Below the pieces are notes generated by a model. That model saw only the letters and a program-made list of their open reading frames with translations, searched no databases and was not told the DNA's origin. 64,000 nt of DNA from an uncultured Gammaproteobacteria bacterium (GTDB taxonomy: Bacteria; Patescibacteriota; Patescibacteriia; Magasanikbacterales; UBA922). Location: the NCBI GenBank assembly GCA_964612105.1, contig CAZTEU010000002.1, forward strand, positions 83,697 through 147,696, written 5' to 3'. Position numbers and translations under genes: made by a program. Position 1 is the stretch's first letter. Each line of letters opens with the position of its first letter. Below are positions 1 through 9,124 of this stretch, piece by piece.

Positions 1-1278
1 TCTATACTCCTCAGCACTTAAACGCTTCCAGTCTTTGTCTAGTAACTCATTTGCTTCTGTAATACTAAAAGATTCTGCTTCTATCTGATCTGTATAACCG
101 GGAGAGCCTGGAAGTAGTGGTCCATCAATAACCTGACCCTCACCTGACAAGCTTTGCTTAACAATACGATCCTTGTCCAAAGCTTTGGTAAGAGCTGTAC
201 GCACATCATCATCCTGCAACGCTTCCAATCTTTTCTGATTTAAAAACAGAGCTGTATATTGAGGTAAACGCAGTGTCCTTAGAAGAATATGCTTACGCTC
301 TACCTTATCTCTAAGATCAAATGGAACATAGCTAAGCGCTGTAACCTTCTCATCTCTCAAAGCATTGATAGCCCCATCCGTTCCTTCATATTCTACAAAA
401 AATCTAAATACAAAATCTTGTATATATGCTATCTCGTCATAAAAATTTTCAAACCTCTCCAGTTCGAAACTATAAATAAACCCTGTCTCGTCTTTTGCTA
501 ACTTCTTAAACAGAAAAGGTCCTGTACCAACTGGTTGCAAATTTCTTTGTGCAAGCCCAATCCTATCTGGGGCAATATCAAACCAAACATGTTCTGGCAA
601 AACACCAACTGTGAGAGTAGACAAGAACGGCTGAAACGGTTCTGATAATGTGAACTCCACAGTATAGTCATCCAAAGCCTCAGTATTAACACCCTCAAAA
701 GCTACTCTTAGAGGACTGTTCACTAAAGGATCCTGTATGGTTTGTATTGTAAAGATAATATCATTAGATGTAAAAGGCTCTCCATCATGCCAGGTTACAT
801 CTTCTCTCAATTTAAATGTGTATGTTTTCTTGTCTTCACTAATCTCATAACTTGCACCAAGATCTGGAACAAGCCTCTGTTCACTATCATACTTCATTAA
901 ACCTGAATATACTAAACGCACAATATCTCTGTCTACATCATTAACAGAAGAAAACACTGGATTAATACGTTGAGGTGTTCCAACAACAGCCTCTATGTGT
1001 TTTCCCCCAACAGCTGGTATATCTGCATGACTTCTTCCAATTAAGACAGCGCCACCCCAAACAATACTTATGGCAAAGATAATAACGCTTGTCTTAAAAA
1101 TAATATACTCGGATGGACTAAGAATTTGTTTAATGTGACGAATCTGTTGCCACTTTGGCCAAGTTCTTTTTCTTATACGCCTTAAAATCGCAATGTCATG
1201 ATTACGAGAAATAAGTGGCTTTTTACCACGGAGACGATTAAAGCGTCGTTGTATATAATGAAGAAATCGTTTATGCAC
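1..1278 (-). CDS. ABC transporter substrate-binding protein, solute-binding family 5 (OppA/DppA-like); C-terminus truncated by window edge
   Basis: Hand translation of the minus strand gives a long ORF containing ...KKTYTFKLREDVTWHDGEPFTSNDIIFT..., the SBP_bac_5 signature. N-terminal hydrophobic anchor present. Start is GTG/TTG near 1278-1296. Absent from the ORF track because it runs off the window. Confidence 0.8.
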   Translation of the reverse strand, partial: MHKRFLHYIQRRFNRLRGKKPLISRNHDIAILRRIRKRTWPKWQQIRHIKQILSPSEYIIFKTSVIIFAISIVWGGAVLIGRSHADIPAVGGKHIEAVVGTPQRINPVFSSVNDVDRDIVRLVYSGLMKYDSEQRLVPDLGASYEISEDKKTYTFKLREDVTWHDGEPFTSNDIIFTIQTIQDPLVNSPLRVAFEGVNTEALDDYTVEFTLSEPFQPFLSTLTVGVLPEHVWFDIAPDRIGLAQRNLQPVGTGPFLFKKLAKDETGFIYSFELERFENFYDEIAYIQDFVFRFFVEYEGTDGAINALRDEKVTALSYVPFDLRDKVERKHILLRTLRLPQYTALFLNQKRLEALQDDDVRTALTKALDKDRIVKQSLSGEGQVIDGPLLPGSPGYTDQIEAESFSITEANELLDKDWKRLSAEEYR

Positions 1279-1328
1279 ACGAATACGGAAAGTCAATTAG
1301 GTAAATAATTACAGAATTGACAAACGAA

Positions 1329-1547
1329 TTATACTAGATGTGACAGAAGTGCCACGCTGAAGAATACGATGGATATTACTATGGTTGCCTTGTGCAATAC
1401 CAAGTCAATACCCCTTTTTGTTGTAAACATAGTCCCAGAACCACCAAATGCTGCACCAAGTCCTGTTCCTTTTTGCTGTAACATAACTACTGTAATTAGT
1501 GCTATTGCAAGCACCACCTGAGTAATTGTTAGAATATTTTGAATCAT
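1329..1547 (-). CDS. secG: preprotein translocase subunit SecG
   Basis: 72 aa; two TM segments flank a Gly-rich loop (LLQQKGTGLGAAFGGSG) typical of SecG. Confidence 0.75.
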   Translation of the reverse strand: MIQNILTITQVVLAIALITVVMLQQKGTGLGAAFGGSGTMFTTKRGIDLVLHKATIVISIVFFSVALLSHLV

Positions 1548-1638
1548 ATTATATAGAGTATAGCATGAATTGAGTCCTCCTTCAATCGAGCGTCATTATA
1601 TATAATATAGGCAAAAATGTCAATAGTCCACCATATCA

Positions 1639-1667
1639 TTGACAATAAAATGCCCCCGTGCTATAAT
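1639..1667 (+). promoter_or_regulatory. sigma70-type promoter (TTGACA-N17-TATAAT) for rpmE; predicted TSS 2-3 nt before the ATG (leaderless)
   Basis: TTGACA at 1639-1644, 17-bp spacer, TATAAT at 1662-1667; ATG at 1677. Confidence 0.5.
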
Positions 1668-1676
1668 CTCGCCACT

Positions 1677-2030
1677 ATGAAAAAAGACCTACATCCAACT
1701 AGTCACCCAGTAGTATTCGTGGATACATCATGTAATGCTGAGTTTGTGACTACGTCTACACTAAAATCAGAAGAAACACGTAAGATAGATGGTGTGGATC
1801 ATTTTGTTATACCAGTAGAAATTTCATCTGCTTCACATCCTTTCTATACAGGAAAGCAAATTCTTGTGGACACTGCTCGTCGTGTTGAGAAATTCCAAGA
1901 GCGTGCCAAAAAACAAGCAGAGGCTTCTGCTACAAGAAAAGGTAAAAAGGCAAAGAAGGCAAAGTCTTCAGTAAAAAAAGATAATAAAGCAAAGGCAGAG
2001 AAGAAAGACAAGAAAGAAGATTCAAAATAG
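1677..2030 (+). CDS. rpmE: 50S ribosomal protein L31 with a long Lys-rich C-terminal extension
   Basis: MKKDLHPTSHPVVFVDTSCN...HPFYTGKQ matches the L31 N-terminus and HPF(F/Y)TGKQ motif. Start taken at the third Met of the ORF; K/A-rich tail. Confidence 0.85.
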   Translation: MKKDLHPTSHPVVFVDTSCNAEFVTTSTLKSEETRKIDGVDHFVIPVEISSASHPFYTGKQILVDTARRVEKFQERAKKQAEASATRKGKKAKKAKSSVKKDNKAKAEKKDKKEDSK

Positions 2031-2102
2031 CCAACCAAATATAAAGGCAGGCGTTATTCGTCTGTTTTTTATTACTCGTGTATAATATACCTCAATAAAA
2101 AT

Positions 2103-3173
2103 ATGGAAGACAAATATATAAAAATCAAAGATAAGTTTAATGAACTAGAGCAGGCACTCCAAGACCCTGCTGTTATTGGTGATCAAAACAAGCTAAGGAA
2201 AATTTCTCAGGAATACAGTGAACTAAAAGATGTTGTAGAAAAAATAAAAGAGTTGGACAACATATCAAAGGAGCTTGGTGAGGTAGAGGCAATAATAGCA
2301 AGCGAACAAGATGAGGAGCTCAGGACCCTTGCGTCTGGAGAAGTATTAGAACTTCGTGATAGGAAAAAAATTATGGAGGATGAGTTGGCTATCGCAACCA
2401 GACCAAAAGATCCTATGGATAAGAAAAATGTAATAATAGAAATACGAGCGGGTGCTGGTGGTGATGAGGCTGCTCTTTTTGCTGGAGATCTTATGCGCAT
2501 GTACTCAAAGTACGCAGAAAGCAAAAAGTGGAAAGTACAACTTCTAAGTGAAAATAGAATCGGAATTGGTGGATATAAAGAAGTTATATTTTCCATAGAA
2601 GGAACAAACGTATATGCAGACATGAAATACGAGATGGGGGTTCATAGAGTACAGAGAGTTCCAGATACAGAAAAACAGGGGCGTATCCATACATCAACAG
2701 CTAGTGTGGCTGTACTTCCAGAAATAGAGGAAGAGGAAATTGAAATTAAACCACAAGACCTAAGAATAGATACATATTGTGCGAGTGGTCATGGTGGACA
2801 GAGTGTTAACACAACCTACTCTGCGGTGCGCATTACTCACATACCAACCGGATTGGTGGCACAGTGCCAAGATGAAAAATCCCAGTTAAAAAATAAAGAT
2901 AAAGCAATGGGAGTTTTACGTGCCCGTATCTTTGAAGCTGAACAAGAAAAGAAAGATGCGGAGCTCTCTGAAAAGAGAAAAAAACAAATAGGAACTGGTG
3001 ATAGAAGTGAAAAAATTCGTACATACAACTATCCTCAGGATAGGATTACAGATCATCGAATAAAAGAGAGTTGGAATAACATAAACACTATTTTAGAGGG
3101 TGATATTTCTAGTGTTATAGAATTACTGCGTAAAGCTGATTATGAAAAATTGGACGAAGGAGAAGACAGTTAA
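2103..3173 (+). CDS. prfA: peptide chain release factor 1
   Basis: GGQ motif ([11 protein letters not shown]) and [17 protein letters not shown] (RF1-type PxT region); followed by prmC. Confidence 0.9.
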   Translation: MEDKYIKIKDKFNELEQALQDPAVIGDQNKLRKISQEYSELKDVVEKIKELDNISKELGEVEAIIASEQDEELRTLASGEVLELRDRKKIMEDELAIATRPKDPMDKKNVIIEIRAGAGGDEAALFAGDLMRMYSKYAESKKWKVQLLSENRIGIGGYKEVIFSIEGTNVYADMKYEMGVHRVQRVPDTEKQGRIHTSTASVAVLPEIEEEEIEIKPQDLRIDTYCASGHGGQSVNTTYSAVRITHIPTGLVAQCQDEKSQLKNKDKAMGVLRARIFEAEQEKKDAELSEKRKKQIGTGDRSEKIRTYNYPQDRITDHRIKESWNNINTILEGDISSVIELLRKADYEKLDEGEDS

Positions 3174-3972
3174 ACAACTATTGAGTAGCTCCCCTATTGA
3201 CTCTTTGGATGCGGAATTACTCATTGCAAATATACTCGCGAAAACACGCGAGTTTATAGTTTCACACCCAGAGTTAGTTGTTGGTTTTTTTGATAGATTA
3301 AAATATTATAGAGCTGTTTCAAAAAGAAAGAACAATACTCCTATTGCATACCTACTGGGATACAAGGAGTTTTATGGACTAGATTTTATTGTAAACAAAA
3401 ATACTCTCGTACCAAGACCAGAAACTGAATTGCTTGTTGAGGAAGCACTGAAGCATATTACAAACGCAGATGTTCTTATAGATATAGGTACTGGTAGCGG
3501 CTGTATCCCTATCTCTATACTCAAAAACACAAAAAACAATATTAACACTGTTGCGGTAGATATATCCCAATCTGCAATTAATGTTGCAAGGAAAAATGCA
3601 AAAAAGCATGGAGTAAATATAGAATTCTTGCGAGGTAGTCTACTGACCCCAATAAAGAAAGAGATCTTACTGGGTAAGAAAGTAGTAATTACAGCCAATC
3701 TCCCATATCTTACAGAATCACAATATAATAATGAGATGTCCATAAGAAAAGAGCCAAAGGATGCACTTGTTGCAGAGAAAAAAGGACTTGCCTTATATAT
3801 GGAATTAGTTGATCAGATAAAGGATATAGACAGTAAAATTATAGCTATTTTTGAGATAGATCCAAGCCAGGAAAGTCTATTGAAGAGCTATATTAAACAT
3901 AAGTTGGGTATAGAGGACATAAAAACAGTTGAAGATCTTGCTGGCCATACAAGATTGGTGATATTTGGCTAA
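3142..3972 (+). CDS. prmC: release-factor glutamine N5-methyltransferase PrmC/HemK
   Basis: SAM-MTase motifs ([10 protein letters not shown]) and NPPY-type motif (TANLPYL); operon position after prfA. Confidence 0.85.
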   Translation: MKNWTKEKTVKQLLSSSPIDSLDAELLIANILAKTREFIVSHPELVVGFFDRLKYYRAVSKRKNNTPIAYLLGYKEFYGLDFIVNKNTLVPRPETELLVEEALKHITNADVLIDIGTGSGCIPISILKNTKNNINTVAVDISQSAINVARKNAKKHGVNIEFLRGSLLTPIKKEILLGKKVVITANLPYLTESQYNNEMSIRKEPKDALVAEKKGLALYMELVDQIKDIDSKIIAIFEIDPSQESLLKSYIKHKLGIEDIKTVEDLAGHTRLVIFG

Positions 3973-4015
3973 AAAAGCATTGAAACTTGACAAATAAGCC
4001 AATTTATGATATTGT
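3965..4015 (+). promoter_or_regulatory. promoter module: GGCTAAAAAAGC element + TTGACA-N17-TATTGT
   Basis: ttGGCTAAAAAAGC at 3965-3979; TTGACA 3987-3992; 17-bp spacer; TATTGT 4010-4015. Same architecture recurs at 10.7, 16.9, 39.1 and 44.3 kb. Confidence 0.45.
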
Positions 4016-4032
4016 CCTTAGTCTCTCATATG

Positions 4033-4074
4033 GTTAGTGGCGCATGTCTATAAGCGTAGACATGCCCCACTAAC
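4033..4074 (+). promoter_or_regulatory. 18-bp stem hairpin (1 mismatch, loop taagcg) in the 5' leader of the island-0 gene
   Basis: gttagtggcgcatgtcta / tagacatgccccactaac seen directly; lies between the predicted TSS (~4022) and the RBS GGAGGT at ~4114. Confidence 0.5.
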
Positions 4075-4125
4075 GATGATGAGAACCCGCCAAACGAGTC
4101 ATATCTCGTAGGCACGGAGGTCAAC

Positions 4126-4650
4126 ATGGCTACCAAGAATGGAGTCCCTGATAGCAAGACTGAGGTCCTGTGGTTCAGGACTGGAGACCCAGAAAAGAAA
4201 GGTCTTATACTGCTTGGAAACTTGAAGTTGCTTGTCAACTTCGAGCCAGATGAGCCGGTGGTACCAGCCTGGTTTGGAAGCGCCGAACGTATACACCAAC
4301 TTATAACTCAGCTCAGAGGGGCTGGTGTAAAGGTTGAGACGTGCGCTCTGAAGACGTTCCTGAAAAGAACGAACTCAACCAAAATCAATCTCCGCATCCC
4401 TGACAAGAACACCATCTACTGCTACACAGTGCTCAGAAGTATGGTGAATGACATCAAACGTCATGCGGATAGAATCCGCATTCTCAACGATAACTTGTCA
4501 GAAGAAACGCTTTTGGAGCGAGCTCTAACAAGTTGGCTTTCCGAATGTTCTGGAATTGAGTTCTCCCACCTCGAAAGAGTTTGGAATGCATCTCCAGCTG
4601 AAGTACGTCGTGCGCTCGGACCAACAGCCAAAAACATGTTCAAGAGTTGA
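4126..4650 (+). CDS. hypothetical protein on a GC-richer (~48%) insert; no recognisable domain
   Basis: 174-aa ORF with canonical SD (GGAGGTcaacATG), unlike neighbouring host genes; composition differs from flanks. Confidence 0.5.
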   Translation: MATKNGVPDSKTEVLWFRTGDPEKKGLILLGNLKLLVNFEPDEPVVPAWFGSAERIHQLITQLRGAGVKVETCALKTFLKRTNSTKINLRIPDKNTIYCYTVLRSMVNDIKRHADRIRILNDNLSEETLLERALTSWLSECSGIEFSHLERVWNASPAEVRRALGPTAKNMFKS

Positions 4651-4751
4651 TCAGATTGCTCACATGCTGAGCGAAAAGATCACGGACAACCTGCGGGAGC
4701 TTCGCGCCCCCGCTCGTCCACCTGATAATAAAACTTGTTTTCAGATGGATA

Positions 4752-4782
4752 TAAAAAACTCCCATTAGGGAGTTTTTTGTTT
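4752..4782. terminator. bidirectional Rho-independent terminator
   Basis: aaaaaaCTCCCattaGGGAGttttttg lies between convergent genes 4126..4650(+) and 4781..5842(-). Confidence 0.6.
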
Positions 4783-5842
4783 ACTTATATTCCACTTCCC
4801 CTCTTGCATTTATCACCTCTATCCATATCTTTCCTGGCTTGATTGGAATTTCTTCACCTTCGCTGTTCAGCCATTTTGTTTTTTGTTCTCGTCCAATCTT
4901 CATCCAAGTTCCGTCTGCTCTGTGTCCATCACGGAATACTTGCACAGGACCTGCTCCCTGTGTCTGAATATGCAATCTACCAATTGCATCTACAACAGTG
5001 GAGGTTACGTGTTGGACAATTATAGTATCTGCAACAATTGGTCTCAAATCTTTGTCTACATGACGCACTCCACCTTGGTAACGGTCATACTGCAAGGTGC
5101 TTGTGTTAAATTTCCAGTTAGCCTGATACGTTTCCCCTAAAAACGTGACTGTAATATCTTCTGTGCAACCATCCTCACACGCATCCATTTCATTGTACGC
5201 CCATGATTCGGTTGTTGTTGTACCTCTACCCTCACCATAATCTTCCCATGCTTTATTCCAATGATCTTCGGAAGTATATACATTATGAGGAGCATACCTG
5301 TCTTTGCTTCTCCAATAATACCAACCTCTATAGAATTCGTTTAAATCAAAAAGGTCTATTTGTTTAATCTTTTCGAGCGCTTCCGGTGAGCCACCTACAT
5401 GCATATACATTGGATCATTATATTCGCTGACCCAGTCTAAGTAGTAAGGACGAGCACTGCGTACAGGCCCTACTTTTTTTACCTCAGCATCTTTTGGAAA
5501 GAGTAATAGGAATCTGGAATAATTAGCTTCTACCGGTGCCTCATATACAACAGAAGCATCTACAAGCCCAGACTGAGGGCGTGCATCTGGATGGTTTTCT
5601 ACCATAATAGCTACTACATTAGAAACAGTCTCATCTTCATTGTCTACACATTCTCCATTAAGAGTTTTGCGGAAATCACACTTAATTTTACTCTTTCCAT
5701 CAAAAAAATCTGTGACGAAAGAACCGTCACGAACAGGTTGTGTTATAAACTGATACCCCAGCCAAGCAATCAGACCAAATGCTACAAAAAAAACCACAAC
5801 AGCAAGGGAGTATACATATTTTGATTGTTGTTTCTTGTTCAT
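4781..5842 (-). CDS. membrane-anchored DUF3048 (YerB-like) family protein
   Basis: N-terminal TM anchor; VVAIMVENHPDARPQSGLVDASVVYEAPVEANYSRFLLLF resembles the DUF3048 N-domain signature. Confidence 0.6.
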   Translation of the reverse strand: MNKKQQSKYVYSLAVVVFFVAFGLIAWLGYQFITQPVRDGSFVTDFFDGKSKIKCDFRKTLNGECVDNEDETVSNVVAIMVENHPDARPQSGLVDASVVYEAPVEANYSRFLLLFPKDAEVKKVGPVRSARPYYLDWVSEYNDPMYMHVGGSPEALEKIKQIDLFDLNEFYRGWYYWRSKDRYAPHNVYTSEDHWNKAWEDYGEGRGTTTTESWAYNEMDACEDGCTEDITVTFLGETYQANWKFNTSTLQYDRYQGGVRHVDKDLRPIVADTIIVQHVTSTVVDAIGRLHIQTQGAGPVQVFRDGHRADGTWMKIGREQKTKWLNSEGEEIPIKPGKIWIEVINARGEVEYK

Positions 5843-5901
5843 AGGCTATATTGTATCGTAAAAACACAAATTAAAAAACCCCACATACGTGGGGCTTTAT
5901 T

Positions 5902-6606
5902 TTATTTACTGTCTTCTTTCTTTTCCTCAGCAGGTTTTTCTTCTTCTTTAGCTCCATCCTTTGCTTCTTCACCCTCTTCACCTTCTTTCTTCTCTCCATC
6001 CACTTCCACATCCTCCACACTAGGTGCTTCTGCTTCTTCCATTGCCTTAAGTTGCTCCTCTGTAAGAGGTGCTACTACTTTAGCAATTAATGTTGTTGGG
6101 TCATCTGTTACAGTTAATCCTGCAGGAAGTTTAAGATCACCAATAGAAATTGTATTCTCAAAAGTCTCTAGAACTGAAAGATCCACTGTGATGTTAGAAA
6201 CCAAGTCTTTTGGAAGACAGCGAACATTAACCTCACGGAGAGTTGTTTGTAATGTTCCACCAAGAGTTTTAACTGCAGCAGGCTCACCTTCAAACTCAAG
6301 TGATATTGTCGCAGACATTTCCTCACCCATTTTAATTTGTCTCAAATCTACGTGAGTAATAGTATCTTTTACTACATCATACTGTATATCCTGTATCAAC
6401 ATTTTTATTGGTTCACCACCATCAACAGAAACGTCAATCATGTTTGATCGCCCTGCTTCATCGTTTAATCTTTCAAATGTATTGTAATCCATCTCAATTG
6501 AAACAGAGTCTAGTTCTGGTCCATAAAGTACTGCTGGAATTTTTCCTTCAGCACGTACAGCTTCTGGTTTATTTGTTCTTTTCTGAACAGCAAGTGAAAA
6601 TGTCAT
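5902..6606 (-). CDS. rplY: 50S ribosomal protein L25 / general stress protein Ctc, with acidic/Lys-rich C-terminal tail
   Basis: N-terminal L25 fold signature (KIPAVLYGPE...), length 234 aa with E/K-rich extension. Confidence 0.85.
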   Translation of the reverse strand: MTFSLAVQKRTNKPEAVRAEGKIPAVLYGPELDSVSIEMDYNTFERLNDEAGRSNMIDVSVDGGEPIKMLIQDIQYDVVKDTITHVDLRQIKMGEEMSATISLEFEGEPAAVKTLGGTLQTTLREVNVRCLPKDLVSNITVDLSVLETFENTISIGDLKLPAGLTVTDDPTTLIAKVVAPLTEEQLKAMEEAEAPSVEDVEVDGEKKEGEEGEEAKDGAKEEEKPAEEKKEDSK

Positions 6607-6607
6607 A

Positions 6608-7036
6608 TTATTTACTGAGTAAGTGACTTAATTTCTTAGAGTGAATATTGACGGCGTTATGAAAAGATAGCACGTCATCCTCACTTATTGGTTCTTTTTC
6701 ATAAAATGTAACAACATCATCTGCAGATAGGTCTGTAAATAGTCCTACAGAACTCACACCCATCTGTGATATTGTTACAATGTTTAGAATCTTACTATGA
6801 CAACTTACACACGTTATGTGAACAAGGTGCACTCCATGCTCCTCGAAAAGAACATCCACACTTTGTTCCGAGTATGATTTACCACACATCGGGCATTCAC
6901 GCACCTGAGCTACTCCACCTTGTAAGCGGTCAAAGAAAGAGCTATTTGTTTTTTTTGTTGACCTCATATTTCTTAATGGCCAAGTGGCCAAAATTCTATC
7001 ATAGATAATAATAATCGTCAAGTCTCCTACATACAT
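6608..7036 (-). CDS. hypothetical zinc-ribbon protein; likely true start at the internal Met (~6967)
   Basis: CPMCG...CVSCHS Cys pairs; no family recognised. Confidence 0.35.
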   Translation of the reverse strand: MYVGDLTIIIIYDRILATWPLRNMRSTKKTNSSFFDRLQGGVAQVRECPMCGKSYSEQSVDVLFEEHGVHLVHITCVSCHSKILNIVTISQMGVSSVGLFTDLSADDVVTFYEKEPISEDDVLSFHNAVNIHSKKLSHLLSK

Positions 7037-7086
7037 TATATATTATGAAGATAAACAAGCTAAATATACCTGTGTGTAACCCGTTT

Positions 7087-7115
7087 TTGACAACCAATTT
7101 CCAAAGGGATATAAT
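7087..7115 (+). promoter_or_regulatory. consensus sigma70 promoter (TTGACA-N17-TATAAT); TSS ~7122, leaderless start at 7125
   Basis: TTGACA 7087-7092; TATAAT 7110-7115. Confidence 0.5.
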
Positions 7116-7124
7116 TCACCTGTT

Positions 7125-7433
7125 ATGTTTAATTTTTTCAATATGAAAACAAAGGAGGGGAACCTAAACAAGAAGCTCGACGAGGTTCTTGAGATTGTTC
7201 ATTTTATTAAAGACAACGCTGCTACAAAAGTAGAATTGAATGAGCTAAGGGTAGAGCTCAAAGAAGAAATAGGTGTTGTACGAGATGATCTGCAGGGTGT
7301 TAAAAGTGATCTGCAAAAAGTGAAAAACGAGATGCTAGATCACGTAGATGGTTTTATTAAACTCTACAAGAATCAAGAGTCTGAGAATGCAGCGCTTGGA
7401 ATGCGAATGCTTCGTCTGGAAAGTTCTAGATAA
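7125..7433 (+). CDS. hypothetical coiled-coil protein
   Basis: 102-aa ORF, heptad-like ELNELRVELKEEIGVVRDDLQGVKSDLQKVKNEM; followed by a terminator. Confidence 0.45.
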   Translation: MFNFFNMKTKEGNLNKKLDEVLEIVHFIKDNAATKVELNELRVELKEEIGVVRDDLQGVKSDLQKVKNEMLDHVDGFIKLYKNQESENAALGMRMLRLESSR

Positions 7434-7450
7434 AAATAAAGATAAACAAA

Positions 7451-7483
7451 AACACCCAGTATTTACTGGGTAGTTTTTTATTT
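7451..7483 (+). terminator. Rho-independent terminator
   Basis: aCCCAGTAtttACTGGGTag followed by ttttttatttcc. Confidence 0.6.
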
Positions 7484-7638
7484 CCACCGCTGACAACAGC
7501 CAGTCAAGACGTATCGCGGGGAGAGAGTGTAAGTACAAGTACTCACAGACCGTGATATGTTTTGGGTCTGGCTGATGCCAAGGGTGGTGGTTATTATAAT
7601 CCTCACTCAACCCTTTTGTAAAGATTGAGAATGGGATG

Positions 7639-7712
7639 CCGGAATCGTTTTATCGATTCCGGCTTAGCCCTCCTAATTTTCAAAGAACATAGTGATAACG
7701 CGCAGTCATCAC
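7639..7712. repeat. island-I repeat element copy 1: perfect 9-bp-stem palindrome CCGGAATCG-ttttat-CGATTCCGG + conserved 3' flank (cctcctaattttcaaagaacat...gataacgcgcagtcatcac)
   Basis: Direct repeat of 9047-9121 (about 85% identity over ~75 bp); ends 29 bp from the stop of the minus-strand gene 7741..8835. Confidence 0.6.
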
Positions 7713-7740
7713 TTTCTGGAACCGCGAGAGGGTGCTGAGA

Positions 7741-8835
7741 CTAGCACGCCTCGGAGTACACGCCGTTGAGAGTGTCCAGCAACACCTGCATGGTGTTGTT
7801 GTCGATCACGCCCAGCGTACGAGCGCTCTTGATCGTGCACTCGACCAACTCGTGCACATCCTCCCACCGGTGCGGTCGGTGAAGCCCCATCTCCGTGGCC
7901 AGCGCGTTGTGCTCGTAGCGACGCAGATTGGCAATCTCATTGATCTGCGCACGGAGCGGGTTGGCCCACCGGTCGTACATCGCCTGGAACTGCAGGTTGA
8001 ACACCCGCGCCTCGTCCACCTCGAACGCGATGTTCGAGCGGAGATTCCAGTAGAACTCCTCGGTGGTCTCGAAGCTACGATAGTCGTTGCCAACGAAGCG
8101 TCGGGCGATCCCCCGCAGCTTGGAGAAGCTGGAGTTGGGGTGACACCGGCGGATGTCGGTGAACACGGCCCAGAGGTTGCGCGCCTTGCGCAGGTTCTCT
8201 TCCTCATGGAGACGCTGGGCCTTGGCCAACGCCTCGGCATCGGCCTTCTTCTTCTGGATGACCGCGACGTACAGTGCTGACTTGGAGACGTAGGTCTCCG
8301 GGCTGTCGATGCCGTTCGCCTTGGCGAACTGGTTCGCATCGTAGCGGAGCCAATTCTTGCGCTCCGTCACCGTCCAGCGACGCTGGGTATCTACGACCAC
8401 CTGAGCCATGTCGATCCACAGCCAGTTGGCGTGGCTACGCAGTGCGTAGCCGACGCCCTTGCCGTTGCGGGTCATCTTGGCGATGATCCCCGTGATGAGA
8501 CGCTTAGCCTCGGAAAGATCCGCATCCAGGATGGATGCGTTGTGCCGGAGAACCTCCGGCACACCCTTGCCCACGTTGAGGAGATCGCTGATCTCCCCCT
8601 CGACGAGATGGCGCGCCTCGGAGAGGTTGATCCCCATCCGACAGGCGCGCTTCATCTGCCCGCCCGTGAGCTCGGTGCCCTCGATCAGTGCCGTCTCGAT
8701 ACCGTCGAGTTCGGCCTTGACCAGCTCCTCACGGAGGTCGGCCACAGCATCGGCACCGCCGAGCTTCTTGGTGATCACGGCGTCCGGGGACTTCCCCGCA
8801 CGCAACATCTTCTTCACCTTCTTGCGAATGCTCAT
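7741..8835 (-). CDS. hypothetical protein, GC-rich island I gene A; no recognisable domain
   Basis: ~60% GC, GC3-rich codons; start set at MSIRKKVKK, preceded by GGAGGG 5 nt upstream. The longer ORF-track start lacks an RBS. Confidence 0.55.
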   Translation of the reverse strand: MSIRKKVKKMLRAGKSPDAVITKKLGGADAVADLREELVKAELDGIETALIEGTELTGGQMKRACRMGINLSEARHLVEGEISDLLNVGKGVPEVLRHNASILDADLSEAKRLITGIIAKMTRNGKGVGYALRSHANWLWIDMAQVVVDTQRRWTVTERKNWLRYDANQFAKANGIDSPETYVSKSALYVAVIQKKKADAEALAKAQRLHEEENLRKARNLWAVFTDIRRCHPNSSFSKLRGIARRFVGNDYRSFETTEEFYWNLRSNIAFEVDEARVFNLQFQAMYDRWANPLRAQINEIANLRRYEHNALATEMGLHRPHRWEDVHELVECTIKSARTLGVIDNNTMQVLLDTLNGVYSEAC

Positions 8836-9046
8836 AACTCCCTCCTGTGGGAATAGTACGTGGTGTTGCCAAACACCTGTCCTTTTCATCCGTCAATGGA
8901 TGACCACCAGCGCGAGCAGCGCCGATAGAGACTTCAATTGTATAGAACTGCATAGGTCGTTGGCACGACCGCAGAGGAGCAAACACTCGCCCTCACTGCC
9001 CCCCGCACCCACCTGTTATGATAGGTACGAGAAACATTGTAGGACC

Positions 9047-9121
9047 CCGGAATCGTTTTATCGATTCCGGGTTTCCCTCCTAGTTTTCAAAGAACATTTC
9101 CGAGTAACGCATGGTCACTAC
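9047..9121. repeat. island-I repeat element copy 2 (same palindrome CCGGAATCG-ttttat-CGATTCCGG + conserved flank)
   Basis: Ends 4 bp from the stop of the minus-strand gene 9125..10234. Confidence 0.6.
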
Positions 9122-9124
9122 AGA

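Noticed and set aside
7663-7700. Micro-ORF MFFEN* (minus strand) inside both repeat copies next to an AGGAGGG
   Set aside because: 5-codon ORF with no start-context logic. The second copy is in a different extended frame. More likely coincidental to a conserved nucleotide element.
7639-9121. Interpretation of the island I repeats as classical integron attC sites
   Set aside because: Could not find R''/R' core sites (RYYYAAC / GTTRRRY) or the typical extrahelical-base geometry. No intI in the window. Kept only as 'cassette-like'.
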